From NCBI GenBank assembly GCA_949300375.1, contig CASGEB010000004.1, forward strand, positions 101 through 64,100: a stretch of DNA of 64,000 bases, in the 5' to 3' direction. Made by a program: the position numbers and the translations under genes. The notes below the pieces were generated by a model. The model was not told where the DNA came from, ran no database searches, and saw only the letters and a program-made list of their open reading frames with translations. Shown here piece by piece: positions 29,852 to 39,617 of this stretch (positions are counted from its first letter, which is position 1; every line of letters starts with the position of its first letter). The stretch is from an uncultured Pseudomonadota bacterium (GTDB lineage Bacteria > Pseudomonadota > Alphaproteobacteria > RF32 > CAG-239).

Positions 29852-30676
29852 TTATTTTTTATCAAGTTTGGCCGGGATGGAAAGAATTGCCCGGGCAATA
29901 TCGATTGTAAAATAATAGCCGATGAATGAGACATACCCAAACAGCGGAAGCAGCGCGCCGCAAACGGCATAAGCAACAATTCCGGCTTCCAGGTTAATCT
30001 CGCCGATATAATGATATTTAACAAACATCATCGCAATCAAATCATAAGAGGCAAAAATCATACAGCCGCAGAAGATGAGCGGAATGATTTTCAGGGAGCC
30101 TTTGGCGAAAAATGTCAGTAAGCCGATAAATTCTTCCCCGGCGGAAATGTTTTTTACAATTTCGATATTGAGCGTTTCCGGTTTCATTGCCATTGCCATC
30201 CAATATTCGCAAATAACAAAAATAGCAATGCCGGAAATAAGGAAGTGAAGGCTGCTGGCTTTTATTGAAATAATCAGGCCGCCGATTAGGGCGATAATGC
30301 CGAAGATGCCTGCTGCCAAAGCCAGAACTTCTAAAACAGCGGTTGAAGACAACTTTGCCGGCGTGTTATGAATCAACGTATTAAGGCAGGGGATGGTTTT
30401 GGCTGCAATATACTGAAAAACAATTGTTACAAACAAGCCGCCAATCCCGGCCGTCAAAACATAAAATGTACTCAGGGCATTGTATTTTAATACAAAAACA
30501 ATCGCAACCAGCAAAGACATCACGGCAATAAAATACATCAATGCCAAACCGGTTTTGGCAAACCACTTTTCATTTTGTTCCAAAAAATTATTATAAGTGG
30601 TTTTTTTCAGCCAGCTGAAAAAACGGTCAATCAGCGAGGCTGTATAAAGTCCGTCATTCTTTACGCTTTTGGTCAT
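29852..30676 (-). CDS. hypothetical polytopic membrane protein
   Basis: 274 aa with about 7 hydrophobic helices. Confidence 0.5.
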   Translation of the reverse strand: MTKSVKNDGLYTASLIDRFFSWLKKTTYNNFLEQNEKWFAKTGLALMYFIAVMSLLVAIVFVLKYNALSTFYVLTAGIGGLFVTIVFQYIAAKTIPCLNTLIHNTPAKLSSTAVLEVLALAAGIFGIIALIGGLIISIKASSLHFLISGIAIFVICEYWMAMAMKPETLNIEIVKNISAGEEFIGLLTFFAKGSLKIIPLIFCGCMIFASYDLIAMMFVKYHYIGEINLEAGIVAYAVCGALLPLFGYVSFIGYYFTIDIARAILSIPAKLDKK

Positions 30677-30804
30677 AATTATCCTCCGTAATAGTTAGCG
30701 CTATGCCGATAGCATAAAGATTTTATGCAAAAATTAAAAGCAAAAAAAAACATATTGGGCAAAAATATATAAGCCGTTTATTGTCAAATCAGAAACAAGT
30801 GCGG

Positions 30805-30841
30805 AAAACAAGAAAATCCCCATCCTCTGAGGAGGATGGGG
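30805..30841 (-). terminator. terminator after the 620-aa gene
   Basis: CCCCATCCTC-tgag-GAGGATGGGG 10-bp stem. A T-rich tract follows on the minus strand. Confidence 0.65.
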
Positions 30842-30849
30842 AGGAGAGA

Positions 30850-32712
30850 TTATTTAGAAAGCTCCTGCTTTTTGGCAAACATTTTTTGCAGCAACTTCTG
30901 TTTATTGTTGCGGAAGCTCTCTTTAGGAAACTCAATTGGCTCTTTTTCCGCATTATTCAACTGCGATTTTGCCAATTTTTGCATTAATTTATCATCTAAA
31001 TACTCATAAGGAGAATGGGGTTTTGCCAAAGTAAGATTCTTATTGTTAAGGTAAGCCTCAACGCCTTTGGACAAATTGATTTTAACCCAGTTTTTTCCGT
31101 AGGCAAGCGCGAGCCCGTCGTTTGAGAGTCGGGCCACGGGGCGTATTTTGCCTTCTTCATTTTTGACCATATATTCCATACCGTCATTTTCATACACAAT
31201 ATATTTGCTGTTCTTGTCGGCAGAATATTTGATCTTATCCGCCTGAAATAAAGGCGTTTCCATTTTGGTATCAGAAGCTTCATAAACGCTGAATTTTTCT
31301 TCACCGTCCTTTTTGGCTGCAAAAAAATCTTGAGCAACAGCGGCAACTTCTTTAAGCCCGTTTATTTGAGAGCCGTCTCTCAAGTCCACAACACGATTCT
31401 GTTTTTCAAACTGCCCAAAATTTGAGATTGTGTTTGTTACATTTACCAGAGCGTTGCAGGTAACCCCGCTAATATACCCCCGGCCATAATCATTATTGAA
31501 ATCTAATATTTTAATATTTTTTTCGTTATCAACAAAGCACCCTGTAAACGCCTCTGTCCCTGAATTATAAAAGGTTCCGTATCTTGTTTTCTCTTCTGGT
31601 TGATATTTTAAATATTTTTCAAACCATTCTTCATTAGACATTTTAGAACTGGACAATTCCGTAATACCGTCTTTAGTAACGGAATATGTGTCTACCGTAC
31701 CATATTTGAGTCTTTCTATAAGAAGATTTTTTCCATCCGTTTGAATGATGTCCCGTTCATTAATATAACCAATGTCTGTTTTCTTTCCGGAACGGGTATC
31801 TTCTGCCCAGACAAAAGAATAGTAGTATCCATCACTATCCTTGTCATTCAGCTCTTGGCAATAAACCTCATAATTGCCGAATTTAACAGCGGGAATATCA
31901 TCATTATAATATTCGTCATCGTTTTCTTCTTCATATTCATAAAGAGGTTCGTTTTGTTCTCCCATATAGCGTAGTTTATTATTTTCGAATTTATAATATT
32001 CGGTTATTTCTTGAGAAGCACCTTCAAGCCCTTCATCCATATCATAGCTGGAAGACAGAACTTTTTCTCTATCGTCATACGAAATAGACGGATAGCGGCC
32101 ATATTTTTTATCAAAGGTCATCAGCAAGTCAAGACCATCGTCTTTAGCCTGATAAATACCGATTAAATTTTTATCTTCCCCGCCGCTGACTTCTAAAAGG
32201 CCGTCCTGAAACAAATATACAGAATGACTGGAATCGAATTTCTTAACGGTTTTCAATTCTCTGTTTTTATCCAGTTTCATAATAAATGTTGATGAATTTT
32301 TATTTCTCATTACAAAAACACCATCTGCATAATAAATAGAATTTCTATCCCCGAAATTAGCCCAGTATCGTCTGGATGTTGCTAATACCTTAGGCGATTC
32401 TTTGCTGGTATCAACATATTGCTTTATTGTAGAATCTTTTGTTTGCACAGCTACAGTAGCAATTTTGTTTATATTATCTTTTCGCAAAACAATACCTTGG
32501 TATTTTTTACCTCTTTTAGAAACAAGATCAATAGTTTCAACAGGTTCATCTGCATAATATATGCCTTGTTTGTTCTTCTTTTTATTTTCATCTCTCAGCT
32601 GTTTGCTTTTTAGATAGTGTTCCACTTCCGATGTGCTGGCTCCGAATGTCTGTTCTGAGTTTCCTTCTTGTTCCAATTTGCTGTCAATTTCTGACTGAGA
32701 CAATTTTGACAT
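30850..32712 (-). CDS. hypothetical 620-aa acidic, beta-rich protein
   Basis: Start moved to the ATG preceded by GAGGAG (the track starts at an upstream TTG). No recognised domain. Confidence 0.6.
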   Translation of the reverse strand: MSKLSQSEIDSKLEQEGNSEQTFGASTSEVEHYLKSKQLRDENKKKNKQGIYYADEPVETIDLVSKRGKKYQGIVLRKDNINKIATVAVQTKDSTIKQYVDTSKESPKVLATSRRYWANFGDRNSIYYADGVFVMRNKNSSTFIMKLDKNRELKTVKKFDSSHSVYLFQDGLLEVSGGEDKNLIGIYQAKDDGLDLLMTFDKKYGRYPSISYDDREKVLSSSYDMDEGLEGASQEITEYYKFENNKLRYMGEQNEPLYEYEEENDDEYYNDDIPAVKFGNYEVYCQELNDKDSDGYYYSFVWAEDTRSGKKTDIGYINERDIIQTDGKNLLIERLKYGTVDTYSVTKDGITELSSSKMSNEEWFEKYLKYQPEEKTRYGTFYNSGTEAFTGCFVDNEKNIKILDFNNDYGRGYISGVTCNALVNVTNTISNFGQFEKQNRVVDLRDGSQINGLKEVAAVAQDFFAAKKDGEEKFSVYEASDTKMETPLFQADKIKYSADKNSKYIVYENDGMEYMVKNEEGKIRPVARLSNDGLALAYGKNWVKINLSKGVEAYLNNKNLTLAKPHSPYEYLDDKLMQKLAKSQLNNAEKEPIEFPKESFRNNKQKLLQKMFAKKQELSK

Positions 32713-32740
32713 CTTCGTTCTCCTCTTCAATAATCAAAAA

Positions 32741-33020
32741 CCACCTTAAGAAGGTGGTCGGAGAGTTCGTAAATCATATTGAGTCAGATGATTCTCTAAG
32801 TTTTTAAAACAATGCCGCCAATTGCATGGCATTGTTTCTGAACATATACTTAGAGCTCCCCGACCATGGACGCGTCACATGATCAAGGGGATATACGCTG
32901 TCTTGGTTGCGCACTCAAGACAACTAAGCGGTGTATATCCAACACCGGACTCAATATGAGGACTTACGACAGTCCCGTACCTTCTTAGGTACTGAAGTAC
33001 AAATAACATTTGTACAACAC
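32741..33020. other. GC-enriched, hairpin-dense inverted-repeat region containing a tRNA-Thr-like fragment (candidate structured RNA or relic recombination site)
   Basis: Hairpins at 32741-57, 32807-37, 32858-90, 32900-21, 32977-92 and 32997-33015. Long-range complementarity of 32768-85 with 32948-68. The 11-mer GGACTTACGAC (32960-70) is identical to tRNA-Thr 46780-90. Confidence 0.4.
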
Positions 33021-33273
33021 TTATAGTAATATCATAATTTTTACAAATAGTAAATATATTTTTTGACGAAATAAGAAATAATTGTCTAACAAAGACTAAA
33101 AGCTCACCCCGGATTCAATAGGGGCGTATGGTGTTAAATGTCTGTAATAGCTTAATTTTTTTATAAAGTTTTATGGACAGAAAGTTTGGGCAAAATAAAG
33201 AATAAAAAACTTGCCTTTTTAAATAAATATGATATATCTTTACGCAAACGTCAAATTATTAAATAATACAATT

Positions 33274-33801
33274 ATGAAATCAGAAAAATTATTAAAAACC
33301 ATTCGTTCTGTTAGTGGAACAAAAGTTTTGCTTGAACCTTTTTCTTTTGCCAGATTGGAAGAATTTTACCGGCTTTACCAGAACTCCCGCCATAAATGGG
33401 AAAAATTTCTGACATTGCATTTTAATACAATCGGAAACGCCGGGACATGGATTTCCCAACAAACCCTGCTTGATTTTTTTATCGGATTTTTCATCATTGA
33501 AAAAAGCAGCGGCAAGATAGTTGGCTTTATTTCTGGTGACGAATTCGAGGATAAGGGTATCTCCAGAACAAGAGCCATCGGCATAGAATACGAAGGAAAA
33601 GGATATGCCTATGAGGCGTCAAAGCTGTTTGAACGTCTTGTTAAAGATGCCGGATATCCGGCAATCATATGCTTTTGTGATGAAGAAAACGAGCGTAATA
33701 AAAAATTGCTGTTAAGGGACGGTTTTGTCAAAATTTCCAAAGAAAAGCTTGAATGTTCGTCAGCGTCTGTGATATTGGGAATTTATACAAAAATGTTATA
33801 A
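33274..33801 (+). CDS. GNAT family N-acetyltransferase
   Basis: IGIEYEGKGYAYEASKLF (motif A) ...LLLRDGF. Start moved to an internal ATG. Confidence 0.65.
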   Translation: MKSEKLLKTIRSVSGTKVLLEPFSFARLEEFYRLYQNSRHKWEKFLTLHFNTIGNAGTWISQQTLLDFFIGFFIIEKSSGKIVGFISGDEFEDKGISRTRAIGIEYEGKGYAYEASKLFERLVKDAGYPAIICFCDEENERNKKLLLRDGFVKISKEKLECSSASVILGIYTKML

Positions 33802-33803
33802 TT

Positions 33804-33839
33804 AAAAAAAGCCGCAGAGAAAACTGCGGCTTTTTTTTT
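33804..33839 (+). terminator. terminator
   Basis: GCCGCAG-agaaaa-CTGCGGC followed by T9. Confidence 0.7.
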
Positions 33840-34001
33840 GTCTGTATGCGGTATGGTTATTTTGATAAAAAGCTAAATTTTTAAATAAAACATAGATGCA
33901 GAAGTTAAATTTGTCAAATTTTGTACTTGACTTGTTAGAAAAAATAAAATACAATAAGCACCGTAAAAGATATTATTGTTTAACTTTAAAATATAAAAAT
34001 T

Positions 34002-34496
34002 ATGGAAGCTATTATTTCAGATTTAATCGTTGGAGTCAAAATTTTGGGCATCGCAGCAATTTTGGCTATCTTTGTTTTAGGTATTTTTTTCTTCTTTTTC
34101 CGCCTGTTTGGGTACTCTTCGAGTGAATATTTTCACCATTATGGTATGAAAGACGAATGGGAAGAAAGACGGGAAATATTAAGTCATAGTTTGCGCAATG
34201 CCTGTGAAGCGGATAATGTCCGGCGGGCTGCGATACTTCTGATCCGGGGGGCAGATCCCAATAATACCAATGATTGGTACGGCCAAACGATACTGGAGAG
34301 TTCTCACAGCGAATCGATGAAAAAGCTTTTGCGGGCTTTTGGTGGCAAAACGCGGGCAGAACTTGAGGCTGCAAAAAAAGCGGCAAGAGCAAAAGCTGCA
34401 AAATTGTCTCCCGAAGAACGCGAAGAAAAAAGTATGAAATTTGTTAATAGGCTTTTGTCTGTTAAAAAAGTGTTCTTTTGGACAAAAAGTGCCTGA
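34002..34496 (+). CDS. membrane-anchored ankyrin-repeat-like protein
   Basis: N-terminal TM helix. NACEADNVRRAAILLIRGADPNNTNDWYGQTILE fits the ANK consensus (..LL..GADpN..d..G.T.L). Confidence 0.45.
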   Translation: MEAIISDLIVGVKILGIAAILAIFVLGIFFFFFRLFGYSSSEYFHHYGMKDEWEERREILSHSLRNACEADNVRRAAILLIRGADPNNTNDWYGQTILESSHSESMKKLLRAFGGKTRAELEAAKKAARAKAAKLSPEEREEKSMKFVNRLLSVKKVFFWTKSA

Positions 34497-34500
34497 TATA

Positions 34501-34537
34501 AAAGCGTTTCTCTGTTTAGAGAAACGCTTTTTTTTAT
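34501..34537 (+). terminator. terminator
   Basis: AAAGCGTTTCTC-tgtttag-GAGAAACGCTTT followed by TTTTTT. Confidence 0.7.
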
Positions 34538-34693
34538 AATATTATAATATTTATCATAAAGCGGCTAATAAGGCTCTATTGGCGGGCGTGGTTAAAATTG
34601 TATTTTTTTGTGCATTTTGGCTATTGTATTCTTCAAAAAAATATGATACATTAAAAAATGTAAACAATATTATTAACTTAAAACACAAAACTT

Positions 34694-35536
34694 ATGGAAA
34701 AGATTATTATTAGAGACCAGTTTGGTCATGGCATCGCAGCGGTAAATTTTGCAAAGGCTTTTGGTGTAACAGGTATCATTCTTCCGAAAAAAGACAATAA
34801 GGAAGATTTTGAAGCCGAGTCTTCCAAAATTTTTGATATCCTGTCATTCTTCTCTGGGAACCTGGAAACAGTTCCTTTTGAAGAACGCGAAAAAGCCGAA
34901 GCGGAAGGATGGGATGTCATCGCCGAGCTGAAGGCAGGAACCTTGCCGGATGAGGTTTGGGATAAATTTGCAACTTCGCAATTAATCCCGCAGTTTACCG
35001 AGGGATTGCCCGAATATAAAGGAATGCTGCCGGGAAGTGTCCTGTTTATACCGCAAAAGCTCATCAGCGATGGCGAATGTGGTGTTACGGCTGCGCAGCA
35101 GTCTGTAAATCCTCAGGTGTTCGCTTTCCTGAAGGAGGCTGGTGTGCCGTTGGTTTTAGGCCAGCACTTCCACAAAGTAAACGACTTGTCGGCCGTTCAA
35201 AATCTGGCAAAGGATTTCAACCTTTACGTTCCCGGAATGACTGAGAATAATGAAGTGTTTGGAATCCGCGGCGTTGCCCACGAGAAATATTACAATATGT
35301 ATAAATCTCTGAAGGCATCAGTCGGAATTGCCGGAACGCATACCTGGATTCTGCTGACAATGTTCCCGGACACGCCTCAAGTCATCCTTTATAATAAAAA
35401 GGGTGTGGAACGCTGGGAAGCGATTGAAGCAGCCTACCGGAAAAATGGCAAGAACATCATCACCATCGGTTTTGATGAAGAAACCAACATGGGTGAACTT
35501 GCCAAAAAAATAGAAGACGCTTATAAGTCTTTGTAA
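34694..35536 (+). CDS. hypothetical protein (280 aa)
   Basis: ORF with its own terminator. No confident motif; there is only a weak GT-B-like stretch, VGIAGTHTWILL. Confidence 0.5.
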   Translation: MEKIIIRDQFGHGIAAVNFAKAFGVTGIILPKKDNKEDFEAESSKIFDILSFFSGNLETVPFEEREKAEAEGWDVIAELKAGTLPDEVWDKFATSQLIPQFTEGLPEYKGMLPGSVLFIPQKLISDGECGVTAAQQSVNPQVFAFLKEAGVPLVLGQHFHKVNDLSAVQNLAKDFNLYVPGMTENNEVFGIRGVAHEKYYNMYKSLKASVGIAGTHTWILLTMFPDTPQVILYNKKGVERWEAIEAAYRKNGKNIITIGFDEETNMGELAKKIEDAYKSL

Positions 35537-35556
35537 AGATTTTTAAGTTGTCTTTA

Positions 35557-35592
35557 GAAGAGCCGTCATTTTTGGCGGCTCTTTCTTTTTTA
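35557..35592. terminator. bidirectional terminator
   Basis: AGAGCCG-tcatttttgg-CGGCTCT followed by a T-rich run. Confidence 0.6.
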
Positions 35593-36879
35593 TAAAGATA
35601 CCCGGTTCAGTACGGCTTCGGCAAAAACTTTCAACGGGTTCGACAAAACGGCCGGTCTGAGGTTTTGCGGCTCAAGTTCCATATAGCAGGCAAGTTTTAC
35701 AAATTCTTCAAAATCCAAAGCATATTTGGGCGTCATCAGCTGAAACATATTCAGGGTATCCGGCCGGATGCTTTTGTTTATATGAATACCGTTGGCGCTG
35801 ATTGCCGTCGGGATACCGGCGCTTAAGGTCTCGCAGCAGGAAAAACTGTCGACGGTATGAACGGCCAGAGTATTGTCAAAACCTAAAACAGCCGGATAAA
35901 TATTGCCGATTTGCCGGTGTGCGGAAAATTCGGATTCAAATTTCCCGGAGTATATACGCCATTTTGCCCTTTCTGCGTCCGTTTGGGCAATGTGCTTGCA
36001 ATTATGAAAAATGATATCTGGGTGCAGTTTGGCTTTTTCATACAGATAGTCTGTAACATCGTTAGGCGTGCGCGGCCCGTTGACAATTATAATGCCGTAT
36101 TGATGGCGCGCGAGAGAAACGCAGTGTTCAAACAAAGTTTGCGCGTAATTAACATCAAAAATAATCTCGCTCCCTTCGGTGCGTCCACCCAGACAGATAA
36201 CGGCTTTTTTCTTTTTCTTTAATATGTTTTGCAACTTACATATGTGAGCCGCGGCATTATCCGCCCTCGAAGAACGGGAAAGTATGTCCTCAAGTTCTTT
36301 TTTCTTTTTCGCCACATTTTCTTTGCTGAAAGAATGAATAATGCCGATGGTGATTAAGACTTTCTTGCGCAGTTTTTTATTTTGCAGCAGCCGGACGCGT
36401 ATGGGAAAACTCAGCATATGCTTGGGAACGTTAATAAAATCAATATACTTATAATTATGCAGTTTGCTGCTCAAAACAACGGTTAAAATATTTCCCAGTT
36501 GATGCAGTTTATAATATTCTTTTACAATACGGCATATTGTATCGGCATTAATGTTTGGAAAAGGGCTTTCAGTAAGATTATAGGGCGTCAGAAAAACGCG
36601 GGGAACCGGTTGCATATGTTCAAACCGGTCGTCTAATATGGAAAATATTTGTGCGCGGAACTTTTTATAGCTGTTGAAATTGGAATAACATAGGGATTTT
36701 GGCAAATCTTTGGCATCGTCAATGCCTTGCGGCAGCAGCAAACATTTGTCGGCGGGACAATCTGAACCGGCTTTTTGATGAATGGCGTTAATTGCCCCGA
36801 TTAATTGGTTGCGATACCCGGTATAGGAAGTGTCAAATGCAAAAGCGATGATATCGGACTTTGCCCTTTGGGTCATCAT
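35590..36879 (-). CDS. ELM1/DUF1022-like putative glycosyltransferase-fold protein
   Basis: N-terminal FDTSYTGYRNQLIGAINA, central VICLGGRTEGS...IIVNGPRTP and C-terminal VHTVDSFSCCETLSAGIP resemble the ELM1 family pattern as I remember it. Confidence 0.35.
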   Translation of the reverse strand: MMTQRAKSDIIAFAFDTSYTGYRNQLIGAINAIHQKAGSDCPADKCLLLPQGIDDAKDLPKSLCYSNFNSYKKFRAQIFSILDDRFEHMQPVPRVFLTPYNLTESPFPNINADTICRIVKEYYKLHQLGNILTVVLSSKLHNYKYIDFINVPKHMLSFPIRVRLLQNKKLRKKVLITIGIIHSFSKENVAKKKKELEDILSRSSRADNAAAHICKLQNILKKKKKAVICLGGRTEGSEIIFDVNYAQTLFEHCVSLARHQYGIIIVNGPRTPNDVTDYLYEKAKLHPDIIFHNCKHIAQTDAERAKWRIYSGKFESEFSAHRQIGNIYPAVLGFDNTLAVHTVDSFSCCETLSAGIPTAISANGIHINKSIRPDTLNMFQLMTPKYALDFEEFVKLACYMELEPQNLRPAVLSNPLKVFAEAVLNRVSL

Positions 36880-37560
36880 CTAATATTCCTTTCGATCTGC
36901 GTTATTAAGAAAAAATGAGGCGCACCAATAGAGTTTGCTTAAAAGATTATCTGTGTTGATTTGATGTTTTTCTTTAAAATCCTGCATTTTTAAGACAATA
37001 GATATGTCAATGTTAATGTCCGCCTTTAAGAGCGACAGCATCTTGATAAAACTGGACAGGATAACGGTATTATGAAGGCTGGCGGCATGAAACCGGTATT
37101 TCTTCCCCGGATTTGGCAAATGCAAAGAAATGGTGTTGTTAAGATAATCGGTCTGAATATCCAGTCCCAGATAACCTAAAGTCCGGATGTCTTTATACAT
37201 GGTGTCGCTATTCATCTGCAGCAGGCGCAAAACATAAATCGCGGCGGTGCCGAAGAAAAAATAAGGACGATAAGAAATCGAGGCTTGTTTAAAATCATGA
37301 ACTTTAAAAACGGCTTGCAGCGGATAACAGCTATCATCACATCCTTCAACTCCCATAAGGGCGGCAAATAATAGAAAATATTTATTTTCTTTTTCCGGTT
37401 TAATCAGAATAACTTTATTTTTGCTGTTGGCCTTAATTAGTTTTCTGACATCCTGCAGAATGCTTTTAAAATCTATTTTATCCGGTGTTTTAAGGGAATA
37501 AATAGGATAACTTTCTCCGCAAAAAATATTGCCTTCATTTTCATCAAAAATTATTTCCAT
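36880..37560 (-). CDS. hypothetical protein (226 aa), abuts the ELM1-like gene
   Basis: Its stop codon is directly adjacent to the downstream start. No motif. Confidence 0.5.
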   Translation of the reverse strand: MEIIFDENEGNIFCGESYPIYSLKTPDKIDFKSILQDVRKLIKANSKNKVILIKPEKENKYFLLFAALMGVEGCDDSCYPLQAVFKVHDFKQASISYRPYFFFGTAAIYVLRLLQMNSDTMYKDIRTLGYLGLDIQTDYLNNTISLHLPNPGKKYRFHAASLHNTVILSSFIKMLSLLKADINIDISIVLKMQDFKEKHQINTDNLLSKLYWCASFFLNNADRKEY

Positions 37561-37797
37561 ATTTAATCCTTTTGTTTATAGGGTGTTTGAATACTAAATT
37601 TTATTAATAAAGGCATAATAGTCCTCTCCTTGTTAATAAAACATTAATCCTGCGGCAGAATTTGAAAAATTGTAAAACCGGATGCCGAAACCGGCAAATA
37701 GATTTATCGGGTTTTTAGCAATTTTTCTTGACAAAATTGCCTCTTTGTTTATTGTTGCGTTTAACAAATTATATTATTAATCTAAATTTTATCTATT

Positions 37798-38637
37798 ATG
37801 AAAAATCTGTTATTTTTATTGTTTGCCGTGCTCATCTTGAGTTCTTGCCATGAAATAAAAGGCAATTTTTATTTGGAAAACAGCGGAAAGATAGAAAGAA
37901 TTGAAAACGCGGAAAATGTTGTCATTAATGGAAACAGCTATCTGATTGATGGCGGCGTTGAAGATTGGCTTTCCGGCGAAAAATTAAACGTTGGAGATTC
38001 TGTCGGCGTTTATGTTAGCAAAGAAAAGGTTTGCCTTTCAAAAAATGATTGTGTTCAGGCCGTGCCGTTAATCAAAAGATTATCTTTTTCTTTTCGGGGG
38101 ATAAATCATACTTATAAGGAAGTTCTGGTTTGGTCTCTTATGGCAGGCATGGTTCTGTCTCTTATCTTGAGTTATTTGTTTGAAAAAACAAAAGATGACG
38201 GTATAGAGTGGTGGATGACCGTATGTACGGTACGATGTATGGCTCTCGCTCTGTTTGGGGCGTCGGTTTTTGGTCTTTTTGCCCCTTCGGTTGAATACGA
38301 TGGATATAAGAAAGTTGATAAAGTTACCGCGCAACTCATTACCATTTCCGGACAGAATTATCTTCAGGGAAAAATCAGTGCTTCGGGAACAAGTGTTAAA
38401 GCCGGAAAGAGCTATTACATTTATAGCTTTGGCGATAAATATTATTTTATTGATTCGGATTCCGGTTTTCGCAATGCTTCACAGCCTGAAGCATTTGCAG
38501 AAATTGTAAATAAAAGAATTGACAAAACCGCCTGGATTTATACCGGTATATTTGGCTTTGTCCTTTTGCTCTTGTATCTTCGCGGTATTGATATAACCTC
38601 GGATTTTGATAAGATTGGAGCATATGTCCCAACATAA
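37798..38637 (+). CDS. hypothetical lipoprotein with central TM helices
   Basis: Lipobox LSSC, about 3 internal TM helices and 1 C-terminal TM helix. Confidence 0.5.
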   Translation: MKNLLFLLFAVLILSSCHEIKGNFYLENSGKIERIENAENVVINGNSYLIDGGVEDWLSGEKLNVGDSVGVYVSKEKVCLSKNDCVQAVPLIKRLSFSFRGINHTYKEVLVWSLMAGMVLSLILSYLFEKTKDDGIEWWMTVCTVRCMALALFGASVFGLFAPSVEYDGYKKVDKVTAQLITISGQNYLQGKISASGTSVKAGKSYYIYSFGDKYYFIDSDSGFRNASQPEAFAEIVNKRIDKTAWIYTGIFGFVLLLLYLRGIDITSDFDKIGAYVPT

Positions 38638-38676
38638 GCGAGGAATATTTTGATCCGCATGGCTGGTAAAAAGTTT

Positions 38677-38710
38677 AGGGATTGGAAAGCAATTTTCCAA
38701 TCCCTTTTTG
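38677..38710 (+). terminator. terminator
   Basis: AGGGATTGGAAA-gcaa-TTTTCCAATCCCT followed by TTTT. Confidence 0.7.
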
Positions 38711-38841
38711 TATCCGGAAAACCACGGGCTTATGAAGCAATGTCCCAAACGGGTAGGTAGCGAAAATGAGCATTAAGCTTGGTGAACAGATTATAAGCAT
38801 ATGCATTCGTAAAACATTTTTGTCATATAAACAGCTCAATC

Positions 38842-39450
38842 TTACAATAGTTTATGAATGTCATATTCGTCATAGCCTTCATAATAATAACTGACATTAA
38901 TGCCTTTCATAAAGATTTCCCGTTCATCAATTTTATCTGTTAGGGCATTTTTTAAGAGATGTTTTATTTCAATATCTTTAACAGGGCTTCTTTCCATTGC
39001 TGATAAATAGTCTTCTTTATCGATTTTATTCCAATCAACAACTTGTTTAATTTCTTTTTTTAATATTAAATCCAGCCAAATCCTTGTTGCGCGGCCGTTT
39101 CCTTCTTGGAAAGGGTGGGCAATATTCATTTCAACATATTTTTCAACAATTTCATCAAAGGTTGACTGAGGCATTTTATCTATATGTTTTAGGGCTTGTG
39201 CCAAATACATCACCGGAGCAAATCTGAAGTTTCCTTTTGATATGTTGACGTCGCGCATTTTTCCTGCAAAATCATAAATATCTTCAAACAAATACTTATG
39301 AATCTGTTTTAATCCGGCAAACGTCCCGGCCTTTATCTGATTGATTTTACCACTGTCAAAAAGCTTTTTGGCCTTTTCTTTGCTAAGCTTTTCTTCAATC
39401 TTATTCAATTCAATTTGATTGGTAATATTCAATTTATTTTCTAAAACCAT
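38842..39450 (-). CDS. fic: Fic family protein (AMPylase-type), class III with C-terminal inhibitory motif
   Basis: Canonical [12 protein letters not shown] (HxFx[D/E]GNGRxxR). C-terminal SYYYEG fits the inhibitory (S/T)xxxE(G/N) motif. Confidence 0.85.
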   Translation of the reverse strand: MVLENKLNITNQIELNKIEEKLSKEKAKKLFDSGKINQIKAGTFAGLKQIHKYLFEDIYDFAGKMRDVNISKGNFRFAPVMYLAQALKHIDKMPQSTFDEIVEKYVEMNIAHPFQEGNGRATRIWLDLILKKEIKQVVDWNKIDKEDYLSAMERSPVKDIEIKHLLKNALTDKIDEREIFMKGINVSYYYEGYDEYDIHKLL

Positions 39451-39494
39451 TATAAATCATCTTTCATAAAAATGCATGATGCTTTTATAATAAT

Positions 39495-39617
39495 ATAAAA
39501 TTGCTAAAATTTACATAATAAAATCAAATTGCCGGCGCTCCCGATTGTTGTTGTCCTAAGATAAAGCAATTATCGAACCGAGGATTATGAGGATTTTAAA
39601 GACTTGGGTGGGAAAAT
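39495..39617. repeat. cassette-boundary module, copy A (degenerate)
   Basis: Shares TTGCTAAAATTT with copy B, and GCAATTATCGAACCGAGGATTATGAGGATTTTAAAGACTTGGGTGGGAAAAT with the right ends of B, D and E. Confidence 0.6.

Noticed and set aside
32741-33020. Assignment to a known RNA family (two-piece tmRNA, RNase P, SRP, 6S, hammerhead, common riboswitches)
   Set aside because: None of the signature sequences I can recall are present. That includes the tmRNA T-arm/tag frame, the RNase P P4 motif, the SRP GGAA loop, the CUGAUGA...GAAA core, the B12 box and TPP or glycine motifs. The 40-codon ORF (MDASHDQGDIRCLGC...) inside the region has no SD.
34694-35536. Calling the 280-aa protein a family 9 glycosyltransferase
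   Set aside because: The call would rest on one short GT-B-like stretch (VGIAGTHTW), which is insufficient.
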